Shown piece by piece: positions 1 through 23,400 of a stretch of DNA of 64,000 nucleotides (its first letter is position 1; the number at the start of each line of letters is the position of its first letter). The stretch is from Owenia fusiformis (Eukaryota): contig CAIIXF020000001.1 of assembly GCA_903813345.2 (NCBI GenBank), positions 43,834,001 through 43,898,000 of the forward strand, given 5' to 3'. Both the position numbers and the translations under genes were made by a program. Below the pieces are notes generated by a model that was given only the letters and a program-made list of their open reading frames with translations, did not search any database and had not been told where the DNA came from.

Positions 1-774
1 TACTACATGAAGTTTACATGCTGTGGATTCAAATAGTGTCAAGCATTACTGGAATTTAACTGGAAAAAAGTTGACTTTCACGTTGGTGATTTGCACCAAA
101 ATTAGTGGAGATTATACATGAAGCTCTAATCTAACCTACTAGCAAGTATGAAACCCAAACAAGGTATGTATAGCGAGTTATAGTTAAAAATATGCTGAAT
201 ATTTCAAACTTCAACAGACTTGACATTTTCAATATGGATGACATATGAAATTCAACAAGTGGTATTCAACCTTTAACAGAACTCAAGTACATTATTTTAA
301 ATTACTATTATTTAAATGAATTTCATTATATATGTTGGTGTTTTATCATGAATTTGTAAAAATAAACAATAAAACGGGTGGTATTTAAGTAGTTAATGTG
401 AAAAACTTGTTAACCATGTGCTTGGCTTTAACTGCACAGCATGGCTGGATTTATTGATTTTTACATTAGTGCATGTATTAACTTACTCACAATTCACATT
501 TATATCAATAAGAAATTAAAGTAGGATTGGTTTTGAAAAGCCTATGAAACAGCCTTTATACATAGAGTTTGAAACTTGAGTTAAGCATTGTAAGCATGTG
601 TTTTCTCAGAACTTAGACCACTTCAGTTAGCAAAGTTTACACATAAGCACATGTTCTGTGCTTGACTGGGTAAAATCACATGGTGCCTAAACCAACAGAT
701 GCTTATTAAAACAAAAACTAAAGAGGTAAACGGTTATCAATTTAGAGGTTAATTTTTTGCTGTCACTTTTTCAG

Positions 775-1661
775 TTCGGGAATACAACAGTGATAAGATG
801 TGGGATACAGACGAAGATTCAAACCATAGTAACCAAAGTATGGGGTACTTTAATGAGTCATTTGACAATGGAGAATTTATGAAATCTGCAGCTGGTAAAA
901 AACGTAGAGGAAACTTACCGAAAGATGCCGTGAAGGTGTTAAAGAACTGGCTCCATGAGCACCGCTATAATGCATACCCCACAGATCAGGAGAAAATATA
1001 CCTCGCCAGAGAAGCAAGCCTTTCAGTGCTTCAAGTTTGTAATTGGTTCATCAATGCCCGCCGTAGGGTTCTTCCGGAAATGATTAAACGAGATGGGCAG
1101 GATCCCTTACAATTCACTATCACCAGGAAACATCGCCAACATAGCAGACGGAGTGAAGGGAAACGTATCACTGTGAAGCCATGTCACTCCCCTCACTCAT
1201 ATACATCAGACTCACCAACATCATCCCTCTCTTCATCTCCCATAGCAACAGAGAACAATGACTATAAATTTGACCTGGATAAATCTGGCAATACACTCAG
1301 TTACGAGAGCTATGACTGTGACAGGCTTGACCCACAGCCACAGTTCACAGACTATAAACAATATGGACAGACAACAGTGGGTTTCATGCCTAAGAGATTT
1401 AAAGCTGACCCTGATGTGTCTGACCTTCCCCCACACAGCACACCCCCTCCTACACCTCCCTGTCAGGAGGAAAAGGGGGACGTCTTCCGATGTTTCAACA
1501 TGTTAGTCGATGTTGCCATCTCCCAACTCAAAGAACTTGAAAAAGAAAAGGAAAGGAATCAATTAGAGAAAGAAAACAATTCACATCCAGGTGTGGCTTT
1601 CTCTCAAGCCACAAAGCAAACATTGACACCTCACAGTAATAATCCTACTACTATATCATAG
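775..1661 (+). CDS. TGIF: TGIF-family TALE homeobox transcriptional co-repressor, terminal coding exon (ATG 798; the frame is open back to the acceptor, so an upstream coding exon outside the window is possible)
   Basis: ORF 798-1661 has the TALE homeodomain [29 protein letters not shown]...[11 protein letters not shown], a TPPPTPP motif and a C-terminal FNMLVDVA Sin3-interaction-like motif typical of TGIF. A polypyrimidine tract and acceptor (ttttcag) end at 774. Confidence 0.93.
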
Positions 1662-4600
1662 GTAGGTTCCCAATTGGATTATTAATCACCCTACTACAGG
1701 CCACAGGGCCTCACAGCCTAAGGATAGCCAGGGTTTATCTACTATTGGAACAATTGGCATTAACAGCCTGGCCTCAGGCCTCCATATCTGGTAGAGTATG
1801 TTCATATGAAAGCATCAGTCCTATGTTTGTTTATATCCCAGACAATGGCTAGTGATAGAAGACTATGGTAATACCATAACAATTTGACCTCACAAGATAT
1901 AATATGAAACTAAGCAAGCGATAACTTGGCTACAAAAGCCGCCTTGCAAAATGAGTGCCTTGTTTTATAATTTATATATCGTGTTGATCTTAACATCATC
2001 AATTCATAATTATTTATTTAGAGAAGTAAATCAAATGGAATATGATTATGGGTGGTGTGTATAGACTGCTTTGTATGGTCTCAAGTTGAACTAGCTCTGA
2101 AGTGTTGTTCTCTAGTGTTGTATTTTCAGTCTAATGTACAGTCACAAGAAATGGGCCAATTTACTTGGGCCAATAAACTGTTTTTGTGGGGCTGTGCACT
2201 GGCCTTATCTGGCTATTTGACAGTTGAGTTGTAAACATGTCTTGTTGTTGCAACAATTCATATACATAACTGGGTGGATATTGGATAACACAGTAGGGTT
2301 AATTTGCCATTAGAGATAAGATAATCTCAGTTTCACAAATGATTAACCTCTAAAATGATGAGACAAAAACCACATCTGCATAGGGGATGTTGTAAGATAG
2401 GATAAAGAACCCTTATTTATTTGAAATGAATGACCATGCAATATTTAATAATGGCCCATCAAGCTCTGATAACTAAATATATTTTAATGTATTGTTTTTA
2501 CTTGGATCAGTGACAACTTTGTGTTTTTTAAACAGATGTAGGCAGCTTTGTACTAATCTTTTTAATATTAGCAAGCTTTCTTATTATTTACATAATATAT
2601 GATATTTGATTATGAATAATGAAATATTGAAAAATAGTGAATACATGATTATATTAAACTGCAAAGGTTGTCACAATCGATAGTCTGATGTGTTGAATGT
2701 GTTTTGTTTTCTACATTGATCTGTTTAAACACTGCAGCTGCTTACATTCCAGACTTTGTCATAGCAGTTGGTTCATTAATCGGAAAAGCGAAGCCAATTT
2801 TTAATATACCTTTGTATCTTGATTGTTTTTTATAGTTGACACTTGTATAACCTCCATGTCTTAAACAAGCTGTGTCATCAAGAACAATGCGAATCAACAG
2901 TTTCCTGGAACACACTTTTAATACCAATCATCTCATTTGCATAGCAATTAAATTAATTAGACTTCCTATAGGAAACAATTATTGATAACACAGCACAGTA
3001 ATATTGCATAAAATGTTTTTCCAGTAGAATTAATTCAGTTGATTTTATTCCAATATAGGAAATGGGTCCAGTTGATACCATTGCAAAACAAACTTTGTAT
3101 GTTTTCTTTTTAACCATCAGTATTAAAACTATTTAAATAAATTATTTCTTTATTAGAGTGGAAATGGCAGTTGTTAAAAATACATTTCAGTTCAACTTAT
3201 GAATGTGTCAAGAATTTCAATGAAAGACTTTTGCTATTCAAAGTGTATATACCCTCACTCTTTAAGAAGACTTCAAAAACTACATTTTTTATAGGTCACA
3301 GTTCAAGGAATGTATGCAATATTTAGCATGGTAAAAGTACTTAATAACTTTATATTGAACCAGTATTAAATAGAGTCGCCCTAATAGAATCAAGTTTTCT
3401 CTGGAGAAGCTTTTGTTGGTTGAGTTTATACAGTGGGATTATGTGTGTTCTCAGATGTTTTAAATGTCGCAAGTATATGCTCTATGAGGTTAAATATCTA
3501 ACCCAATAACCCTAGTTTGTAAACTTCAAATTGTCAACAGAAAACACTTCACCATTGGACTTAGATGTCCTGACTTAGATTGTGCAAGACAAGCTCATAT
3601 GTATATATGTTTAACATGGACCCTTTCATAAAATTAAAGGGGTGAAAGTTAGGTTATAAATATAACATACTTCTAGGTCATGCTTCATAGTGAGGAAATA
3701 CATCAAAATTATGAATTAAGCTTTATCTTTTTAAATGGATACTCTTTGTGTATTTTTTATATGAAATCCCAAGAAAATCTTGTTCAGTATTTATTTTAAA
3801 TTTAAGATTCAAAATGTTGATAGTAACATGATATTTTATGATAATTCTGACCTTACAGATAATGAATCAGTGTTTTTCAAATTGGTTTTGGGGAAAACCT
3901 TATACAGCAATAATAAAATAACAAATAGCAAGTTTTAATACCAATATTTGTTTTTTACTTTTCCTCACAAAGCCAAACACTGAAGCCTATTGAAATAAAT
4001 CTGCCAAATATTAAATAATTATTCACAATAACATTGCAATCGTTCAAATTAACCTGTAATATTGGCGACATAAAATGTAATGATTGATGCTTGCTTAGAC
4101 AATTTGGCAATGTCATGTACGGTCCTAGTTTATGAAAGATTTAAACGGTACTGTTTAGCATATTAACAGATAAACGGGTGCGCTTTACTTCAATTGCATC
4201 TGCTCTTATAACTAAAGTGTCAAATCTCAATGTCACATTGTGTATACCAAACTAGTTTACAAAAAAAACTAAATTACATTTTTCTTATCTTGGTTTTATT
4301 TTCAAGTGAAACTTGGTTTAACCATTGACATTTTTATATTTTGACAGGTCACTGTATGAACTATAGCTGAACTTTGCTTTCAAATGAGTTCTATCAAAGA
4401 CATAAAATAGTAGTTTATGTATGTGTTTTATTTCTTTTGTTTAATGAATACTGCGCTGTTCAGAATGGGTAGATGGTTTGAATTAATATGTAATCCAGTC
4501 TTAGAATAGGTCTAGTAGTAACATAAGAGCTTGAATGATAAACACCAAATTTGGTACTTTATGTCACAACATAAAATATTCTGATGAAATAGGGAATATC

Positions 4601-7600
4601 ATTTCAAGAGACCTCTTACTAGATAAATTAGCAGTACAGTAAAACTGGTTGAATTGAACACTACTTTGACTAAATTAATGTTTTCATATTGCATAGTATA
4701 AAAATTTAAAGTCATCCTATGCTAATGAGGCAACAATTGTGAAAATGGGACCATTTAACATGTTCATTTTTCAGTTGTGTTCACATTCACGAGAATATCT
4801 CCCACAGTTAAATTTTACACATACACATGCTGTTGACATGACGAAATGATAACTAAGTATTGTTTTACATTTTACTGTAACATTATAGCGCAGTTTTGCA
4901 TTTTCATAAACTTATTGTAAATAGTACTAATGTATAAGGGCTGGGGATTTTTCATGTTTTTGATGTCTGTATAATTTTTGCAGAATTTTAGCTTGGGCCT
5001 TTTTTAGGTAACTAACTGTCATAATGTGTTCCAAGTGTCATATTTTCAATGTTTAAATGGCTCTAAAATATATGATGGATGAGAGTGAGAAATAGAAAGT
5101 GCACTCCCCCTACAAAAGTTAAGCATTTCAACTCCCGTATTGGATTACCTGTAAAGCCTGTTTAAATTTGGTGATTTAAAAAATCATCAAATCTGTCATA
5201 AATTTGTGACATATTGACATATTGTTATTGAGAAAAACATTTACTTTCAAACATAAACGGACTTTTACATACTTTGCATCTGAGATTCAGACTTGTCAAT
5301 CTTTTGAAGGGGGGTGAACATCTGTATGTGTTCAACATTATTGTATTCATGTGCCTTAAAACAGTCTAACCACAGCCACAAGTAAACAGTTTGTAAATAA
5401 ACAGAGGATTGCCTCAATTTGGTACAAACCTTGGTGGTGTGTGTTAAGACTGTTAAACCTCTAGGTTGCCACACAAGAGCAACTACTTTACAAAGGTAAA
5501 TACATGAAATAGTGCCGCATTAAATTAGGTTGGATATATGTGGCCCAATACATACACTGTGCTAGGTGTTGAGGGTACAAATAAGGTGATATTTGTAAGA
5601 ACATTAAGTCAATCTATATTGAATTGAGATGTTGGCTCAGTTGTCTTTCTCACAATGTAAGTTTCTATGCATAGCAAAAGATGTGTATATACAGTTTAAT
5701 GCACAGACTCAAAATGCTCACATAATAATCAGAGGATTGCCTTAGGTTGAGTTATTTCTTGATGCTGTATATTAAACTGTATAATTCTTGACAGTATTTG
5801 CCACAAGCTAAATATTCACCATGAGATTGTTTGTTACATTTTTACAACCAAACACCTATAAAACATACCATATTATACATGTAACTGCAAAATAATTGCA
5901 AATAGGCGACATTTTGCTGGATGATAAGTAAATTTTTATATATGAGAAATAAATTTTTATGTAAATGTATATATGAAAAATGTTTCTTTTGTTATGTCGA
6001 AATAAAATTAATATAATGCAATAAAACCTGCATATAGTGAACATGTATGGAGCAACAAAAGGTGTTCACTGAAGGTAGGTGTTTACAAGAGAGAGAATTT
6101 CATACAGGAGGCAGTGTACATGCAGAATATGTCTGTGGTGCTCACTTAACATAGATGTTCACTAATCACTGAGGTTTTATTGTAATTTGCAAGTGTTCAA
6201 TCCTCTATGTGATATTTAGAAGTCATATAGCTTTATAGTAATATTTTAATTTTTCGAAGTGGAGTGTCTGTCTGTCTGTCCCCTCTCCCTCTCAGCCATA
6301 TGAGACATGGAGAACATTCCTATATTGCCATTTATTCTGATTTAGGGGCCTGTTCTTACCAATAGCCGACTACAACAGGAGTCATACTGAATTTTTTTAA
6401 AAATGTTATGCCAAGGAGGACTTTTGAACAATTTGCACCCATCGGACCCCATATTAGCTACTGAGGTGTAAGGCTACTATTGTGCTACATGTATTTGAAA
6501 GACTATTAGACTATGCATTTCAATATATATTAAACACAGTGCCTCATGATCAGATATTTGTGCAGTGTATATCAGTAAAAGTTTAAATTAGATATGACTG
6601 ATTAAATAAGGTAGTATATTTGCATAAGTTTTAGAAAAGATATTGAAATGATCCTTGATAAGCTCCCCTTCACACCTGATACAGCAATTAACAACTACCT
6701 GAACATTGATACTATCCACCCACAAACTTATCAACTCGAGGCTTTATGTTCAACAGTATGTCAATCCAGCACTGTGTCAAGGAAGGGGGAGGGGGAGGGG
6801 GGTGGGGTGCTGTAGTTAGCAATGTCACTTCTATTTTTTAAATTTTGTTTTCATACCACCGATGGAAAAAACTACAGTTCCTAAAAAATAATTCCTTGGA
6901 TATTGTAAGGCCTCCAAATCTAAACTGCAAAATCAAAGAAGGTGATGTGGTGAGGTGTAGTAAATTATGGGATATGGTGTGGCAATGCAGATGGTTGTGG
7001 TTTTATTGCAAATATGATCATAATGTTCTCAAATGTTAAGTTTTTGGCCTTTTATATCATCCAAGATTCAGAATATTGAGAAGAATGAGTTCTGGAGCCA
7101 TGTGCTCGGAGGATGCCTTTTATGAGAGTTGTGAAATAAATGGTAGCTACCTATCAGCTTCTAGTCCCATGTTTTCTTTTCTTGGGTCCTGGGAAAACAT
7201 AACTCACAAATAATCAATTGTGCAATAAAAAATGTCTTGAATGATGAAATTAATAATAAACAGTACCCTATACACTGTAGTATAGAACCATTGTTTTCGA
7301 AATATGTAAAAAATGTAACACCTGGAATATATTGGAAACATTGATTTGGGATTAAATAAAATTGCATCAAGGTCCTTTTCTAAATGATCACAAAAGCTAT
7401 TGTGTTTTTCATTGATTACGATGCAAGGGCTCATTAATACAATGGCAATAAATTGCTCATTGTTTCGACCATTTATCAGGCCATTCTTTACCTTAAAAAA
7501 GGTAAACAAAACAAAAATCAATATACTGTAGTTACAGAGATTATTCATAAGGGGTTATCCTCAGTTGAACTCCTTTTACTCTAAAATGAGACGGGACAAA

Positions 7601-8494
7601 CACTGGAGAAAACTGGATTTCTCCATTATGTATTTCCCCAAGTAGAAGGAAGAGGCGTCATTATGGGGAAGGAAATGGAAGCCTGACACCTAAGTGACAG
7701 TAAAAATGAACTTCAAATGAAATTGTTTAGTTTGAAAAAGTCCTCGTTTTCCTTTTCATTTCAATAAGTTGAAATTCCAAATACTTGCAAGAATTCCATA
7801 AAATCCAATTGAGACCAACACCTGATTTCATGTACTTTATTTCTGAGACCTCCTTTGCTTCACTTTCTTTGGAGCTTTATACCCGAATACTTCAGGAATG
7901 ACTGACCACCAATGATTGATGAAATGTTTCACTATATCCATACCAAACCTTATTTCTTTAATAGTTTGCATAACAACTTAGTAATCAATAACCTACAAGG
8001 TTTACTAAAGCCATGATGTTTAAGGCCTTCAAAAGTTGACAAATAACCACACTATTAAATGTACGTCAATATTGTGATGAGGTACACACAAGTCTTTATA
8101 ACAAAGCTCCACTAATATAAGAATGGAAGTGTCCTCCTATATAGGTAATAACTTAACTGAACTATGTAATCTCATCGGAAGTTCATATCAGCAGAAGTAT
8201 AAGTGAAATGCTCTCAAAACCCGAAAAAGTTTTACTTGCCTTTTTGTGAAAAATATGCTTTTGAGAATTTTTGCTTAAACTTGCAGTAGGAAAGAAATTT
8301 CGAGCATGCTTCACTGAAATATTTAAAGGACCCTCCTGATGAAAACTGGAGTTGATGGGAGTTAACATGACAAAATGTCACCACCCAGTTGCTCACAATA
8401 TTATGAGTTCAATCTTAAGTAAGATTTGAATTTCTGAGAACGTGTACATGATTTTGAAAAAATAAATTGGTCAATTTGAAGCAAGTTGAAAAAA

Positions 8495-8839
8495 TACTGT
8501 AGATACACTTAATTTGGCTCCTGTTTGAATTTGACAGATTGGCGGATTCAGAAAATCCACCAAATTAAAAATCCGTCAAATTTCAGTTTGGAATTTTTGT
8601 CCAATGCACTTCAGAAATTAAACTCCGGGGCCCCTTTTCCTGTCAACATGTCATCAATTCTACATTATTGCAAAAGAAATAAAGAAAATATCTTAGTAAA
8701 CACCTGTCCTAATGACATAAACATCTACAAAAATTAAACTTCAGTCCTGAATCCGCCAAATTAAACAGTCACCAATATTTGAAATTGAGCAAATCTGTCA
8801 AATTAAGTAGCGTCAAAATAAGTGTATCTATCTACAGTA
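8495..8839. mobile_element. MITE with TA-flanked TIRs (Tc1/pogo-like)
   Basis: tactgtagatacactta at the left end is mirrored by taagtgtatcta...cagta at the right end. Confidence 0.6.
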
Positions 8840-9340
8840 CCTTTTTGACCCTGAGAAGGTCATTGAAGGTGAAACCTCAAATCTAAATTCAGATTTGAAC
8901 TTTTAAGAACTTGTACATGTATATGATTTTGAAAAAATAAATTGGTCAATTTGAAGAAAGATGAAAAAGACCTCTTTGACCTTGACAAGATCATTGAGTA
9001 TAAAATATTTTTTGACCTTGAAAATTTCATTAAAGGTCAAATCTATAGCCAGTTTTGAACTTTTGAGAATTTGAAGATGATATTGAAAAAAATATTTTGG
9101 TCAATTTGAAGGAAGTTGAAATAGACCTTTTTGACCTTGAAAAGGTCATTGAAGGTCAAATCTTAAATATAAAGTCAGATTTGAACTTCTGAAAACTTGT
9201 AGATGATTTTGAAAAAATTGAAGTCAGTATTTGTTATGTTATTGGAAGTTGTAAGAATTTGTTTCAGACGTCAATCGCCAACCGCCATCCACCGTCGGAG
9301 ACCATAACAATATGTCACCACTTTATGGTGGTGAAATAAT
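8840..9340 (-). mobile_element. Degenerate HINE/Helentron-like element with internal tandem repeats
   Basis: Repeated gaccttgaaaaggtcattgaaggtcaaa units and a terminal hairpin atgtcaccactttatggtggtga. A related terminus occurs in the opposite orientation near 42295-42340. Confidence 0.5.
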
Positions 9341-9512
9341 TAGACTATGTTAACATCTCTGGATATTGAAACCACAATAAAATTATAATGTGAATAATGA
9401 ACAGGCATTCTCCAATAAAGTGTTTAGTTTTGTTTAATCAGTGGTCGGCTCATTAGTCTTAGTCAATCAATGATGCTATTTACTTGTTTTAATTTCCATT
9501 TGCACTATTTAA

Positions 9513-9692
9513 GGGAAGGTATCCAAATGAAGTTAGTTTTGATTAAGGGGAAGGGATAAATGAGGATTTTGATAGTGAAAATGTTGTTATTCCATTGAAC
9601 AGCAAATCATTTTTTTAAGTTTCTTCATAAGGGGAGGGAGAGTTAAACTGTAACAAAATTTACTTCATTTTTTAACATTTGGACACCACCCC
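9513..9692. mobile_element. Tourist/PIF-Harbinger-like MITE
   Basis: taa|gggaaggtatccaaatg ... catttggacaccacccc|taa: imperfect TIRs with a TAA target-site duplication. Confidence 0.55.
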
Positions 9693-10933
9693 TAAGCAAT
9701 TTACACTTTTACAGTCTCATGGAACATTGCTTTTGATTTATAGGTTTTTCATATAAAAATTAAAATTGGAAGTGATTCAATAGGAAAAACCATAATGTGG
9801 CGTATCTTTGATTTGTTATTAGCATCATTAGAGGTTTCAATAAGTCACAACAACTTTGCAAGTAGATATAAAGAAAAAACGTATGAACATCGACCCGTTT
9901 TCTTTGACATACATAAATGACATATATAAACCAACTTAAAGGATGATGATTAATTAAGTAAACACAAATTGGACAAAACAAATCAATATTCATTTATCAA
10001 ATTAAATATCCTGGAACACTGACTTACATGTCAACCAGGCAATTCTGAATCACAAAATAAATTACAATGAAGTTACTCTTCCTTGATTGCAATGAAAAAG
10101 AAATACATCATTGTGTTAAAGTATATATAAAATGTAAACATCCCATAATTATTGTTGGGAAGAGTTTATTGCTACTGTAGTAATCTGTCCATACTTAAAG
10201 TATAGATGCTATTGCATCTGATAAAGTCCTGATGAAGCTTTTTCAAGTGGTCTTCACTAAACCAATAGGATTAACAATGACACAACAAAAATATTGATGA
10301 ATAAACTTTCCACAACAATAATGGGATAATCAGGAAATCCTGTAGTTATTCAGAATGTAATACTTTTAATCCACTTATGTCAACATACATGTATCAAAAC
10401 TCATTTGTCAGATTATTGATTGTGTTCAAACAATCATGGATTAAATGTTATTCCTTAAAACACATGATATCCTGTGTATGTTTGCATTTTATTTTATAGC
10501 ACTGTATATACATAAATATTAATTCATACATTTTATATTTTAACCTTTATACATAATGAATCCTCACTATATGATACACTTTGTACAGGTTTTTATCACA
10601 ATGAAATAAAAAATAAGACTCATAACATAAATTTATATGACTACGCTTTAGCTTTTGATATAAATTGCATTGAAGTTGCAGATCGGACGTTTTAAAGTTT
10701 ATAATATTGATTGTCCAGATATGAGTCTCATTTGTGATTGAACCAATTTATAAACTACAGGTTGATACAGAAATTGAAAAATTTTATTTATGTAGATGCT
10801 CCTCTCTTCTGGGTAATGTTTTATAAGCTTTAAACTAGGAATGTCTGCCTTGATGATGAAATATCCTAAATAGTGAAAGTTCTCTCATGGTTGTTTTAGA
10901 TTATTTGTCGTATGGTATTGATTGTGGAATAAT

Positions 10934-20253
<9,320 letters not shown>

Positions 20254-20499
20254 CTTGACCCGGCGTGAAGTCTCGACGTGTCATGTGACAGATTTTTCAA
20301 CTATGATTTTAGCAAAATATATCACCTATGATTACAATCTTGATGCTTGATATGATGAATAATACTTCAAATGTCATAAATAGAGCTTATTTAGTGTATT
20401 TATCCCATTCCCAACTGGAAAATAGTGTTTTATATTGATCGAGATTTAGCGAGATATTACGATAGGTCAAGGGTGGCAGAAATTTTTGCAGCGAGCAGA
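20254..20499. promoter_or_regulatory. Bidirectional promoter and 5'UTR region shared by HADHB and HADHA
   Basis: The divergent ATGs at 20253 (-) and 20500 (+) are separated by 246 bp. A YY1-like AAGATGGC motif overlaps the HADHB start. Confidence 0.8.
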
Positions 20500-23400
20500 A
20501 TGTCAGGCATACGGATTCTCGGTGTTTTTAGGCACTTAACTAAACACAATGCTTCGTCTTTACAAGGTAATGTTAAAGCTTAAGTATCTACGAATCATAA
20601 TTTCAGGTTTGTTTGAATAAACTCTGTCAACTTTATTGAATAATCCTTCAACATGTGATATCACTTCAGCCGGTCAACGTCCAGTTTCAGTGTTTCTCAA
20701 TTTATCAAAGTCAATCAGAATTGCCAAGGAGATTATGGAATCAAATGAATATCATGTTTTCATATACCGTATTTACACTACAATGTCGAAAACTGAGGTT
20801 TAAGATGCGATATTCAGATCGGTGGTAATAAAATAAGGAATGTCATATCTGCATAATTTGCTAACTTTAGGGGACAGCGGGGTAAGGACGATGGGGCAAT
20901 ACGTGCCACCTTACTTCCTGCGAAAGCTATGTGGATTTTGATATAATAGCTTTCCCAAGGCACACTTGGACAGCAGAATAATAGTGACCTTAAAAACATG
21001 AATAATGAGATCCGCGGCTTAATTTTGATCTCTAACTGTGTCTTACATTTACTTCCTGCGAAAGCTATTTGGATTTTGATATAATAGCTTTCCCACGGAG
21101 CATTTGGACAGCTGAATGATTGTGACCTTTGAAATCGAATTAAGTCGATCCGCGGCTTACTTTTGGTCTCTAACTGTGTCTTACATCAGTATCATCAATC
21201 CGTGTAAGTATTGGAGCGCTGAAGTACTTCTTTTTCGATCAAGACTTGTAATTGTTAGTCGAGTGAATCTTTTTACTGCCAAATTCCAATATGGCGTTTT
21301 CTGCTCGGACATTTTCATAAATCTCCGGAGGTTGTCCGAACCTAACTAATTCTCAAAATTCATTTCGTTCGTTGCATATCTCGCTCCTAGCAAACCGCCA
21401 TATTGGAAATAGGTCTAAAAAACTTTCACTCGATGAACAATTTACAACTCTTGATCGAAAAAGAAGTATTTCAGCGCTCTAATACTTACACGGATTGATG
21501 ATACTGATGTAAGACACAGTTAGAGACCAACAGTAAGCCGCGGATCGACTTAATTCGATTTCAAAGGTCACTATTGATCAGCTGTTCACTTCCCCGTTTG
21601 AGAGCCATAAGTTTCAAAATCTAACATGGCTCTCGAAGTGAGTAATCTTACATCAGTATCATCAGTCCGTTCAGGTATTGGAGCACTACAATACTGTTTT
21701 TTCGATCAAGACTTGTAAATTGTTTATTGAGTGAATGTTTTTTCGACCCATTTCCAATATGGCGGTTTGCTAGGGGCGAGATATGCAACGAACGAAATTA
21801 ATTTTGAGAATGAGTTAGGTTCGGACAACCTTCAGAGATTTACCAAAATGTCCGAGCAGAAAACATCATATTGCAATTTGGCAGAAAAAACATTCACTCG
21901 ACTAACAATTACAAGTCTTGAATGAAAAGGAAGTACTTCAGCTCTCCAATACTTGCACGGAAGGATGATAATGATATATGACATAGTTAGAGAACAAAAG
22001 TAAGCTGCGGGTCAACTTAGATCGTGTTTCAAAGGTCACTATTATTCAGCTGTCCATATCTCCGTTGGAGAGCCATAAGTTTCAAAATCTAAAATGGCTC
22101 TCAAAGTGAGTAAGGGCCACAAAGTTTATTTTATCATCTTGAAATCTATATCACCGTATATGATCTTCTGACAGGGATCATTAAAATCAAGATCATCGTG
22201 GCAGTTTCATGCCGTAATTAGTCGATTCTGGGTATTATCATGATGTCAATATCACCATGCGCGTGCATATTATATAACGTTTACATTACCACTTAGAGCC
22301 GGCATGAGCGTTAAGAAGATATGGACCCTGCTCCGGGGGGGGGGGGGGGGGGGGGGGGGGGTTCTCCCATATATTGGCTATATGGGGACGTGCCGCTAAA
22401 GTGGGTCACTTTTTCGCCGAAAAATCCCAAGATATGGGTCCTATTTTGAAGAAAAACTCCTAGATATGGGTCCTATTTTGATGAAAAAATCTCCAGAACT
22501 GGGTTTACTTTTGAAAAATCCTATAACTGGGTACTGTTTTGAAAAAATCGCCGGAAGTAGGTCTTGTTTTTTTTTCAAAATTACCTTGAAGTTACTGGGT
22601 CTATTTTCAAAAGAAAAACCCTAGATGTGAACATGTAAGTTTATACCATACACAATTAGAATCTAAAGTTTCTTCAACTACATATAATGCAGCTATGCTA
22701 TGCTATTTCTATGAAGTCATACAATTTCATGACTTTAAATTTGGTTGGGTAGCTCAATTTAAAGATGAAAAATCAAGCCAGGTCATGAAGAAGCATTTTC
22801 TCCAAAACTTACAGATTTTTCATAAATTATGTTTATATTTTCTTCATTGTGTGTTTCAGGACATTGGCAGAGACAAGCTTTGTCTACATCATCTACAATG
22901 ATGGGAGGTAAGGAAGGTTTGAAAATTAATCAACTTAATGCCTTTGAATGACATTGAGAACAAGAACAACACATGATTTGGTTGAGAAATATTTTCTCAC
23001 TAACTCACTTTAGACTAAATGCAAGTAGTAGTAGTAGTCTTTATTTACATCATTACATATTCAAGTGAATATTCAAGTTTAAGGGAACTTTCTACAATAT
23101 TCTGTATCTGTTATCCGACCCGAATTAGCCATCTTGTGGTGAAACTGGTAACTACCTGTTGGCATCTGGGTTATTTAATGAATATGCTTGTTGGCATCTG
23201 GGTTATTTAATGAATATGTATTATTGAGATGTATTTGACAAATAAGTACATACAGTAATTTAATGTAATGTCTAATGATGCACCATTTGACTAATGGTTC
23301 TACATATTTCAGCACGGTCTCATGTGAACCTTGAGATGAAAGGTGATGTAGCAGTGGTCCGGTTTGATGCCCCTGGATCAAAAGTAAGATTTATGTCCTA

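Noticed and set aside
1233..1506. Overlapping ORFs within TGIF
   Set aside because: They are short alternative-frame shadows with no independent signals.
1662..10933. Additional gene between TGIF and HADHB
   Set aside because: Only short AT-rich ORFs with no recognisable domains or consistent exon chain were found. The region is best explained as 3'UTRs, intergenic DNA and repeats, although a short exon could have been missed by eye.
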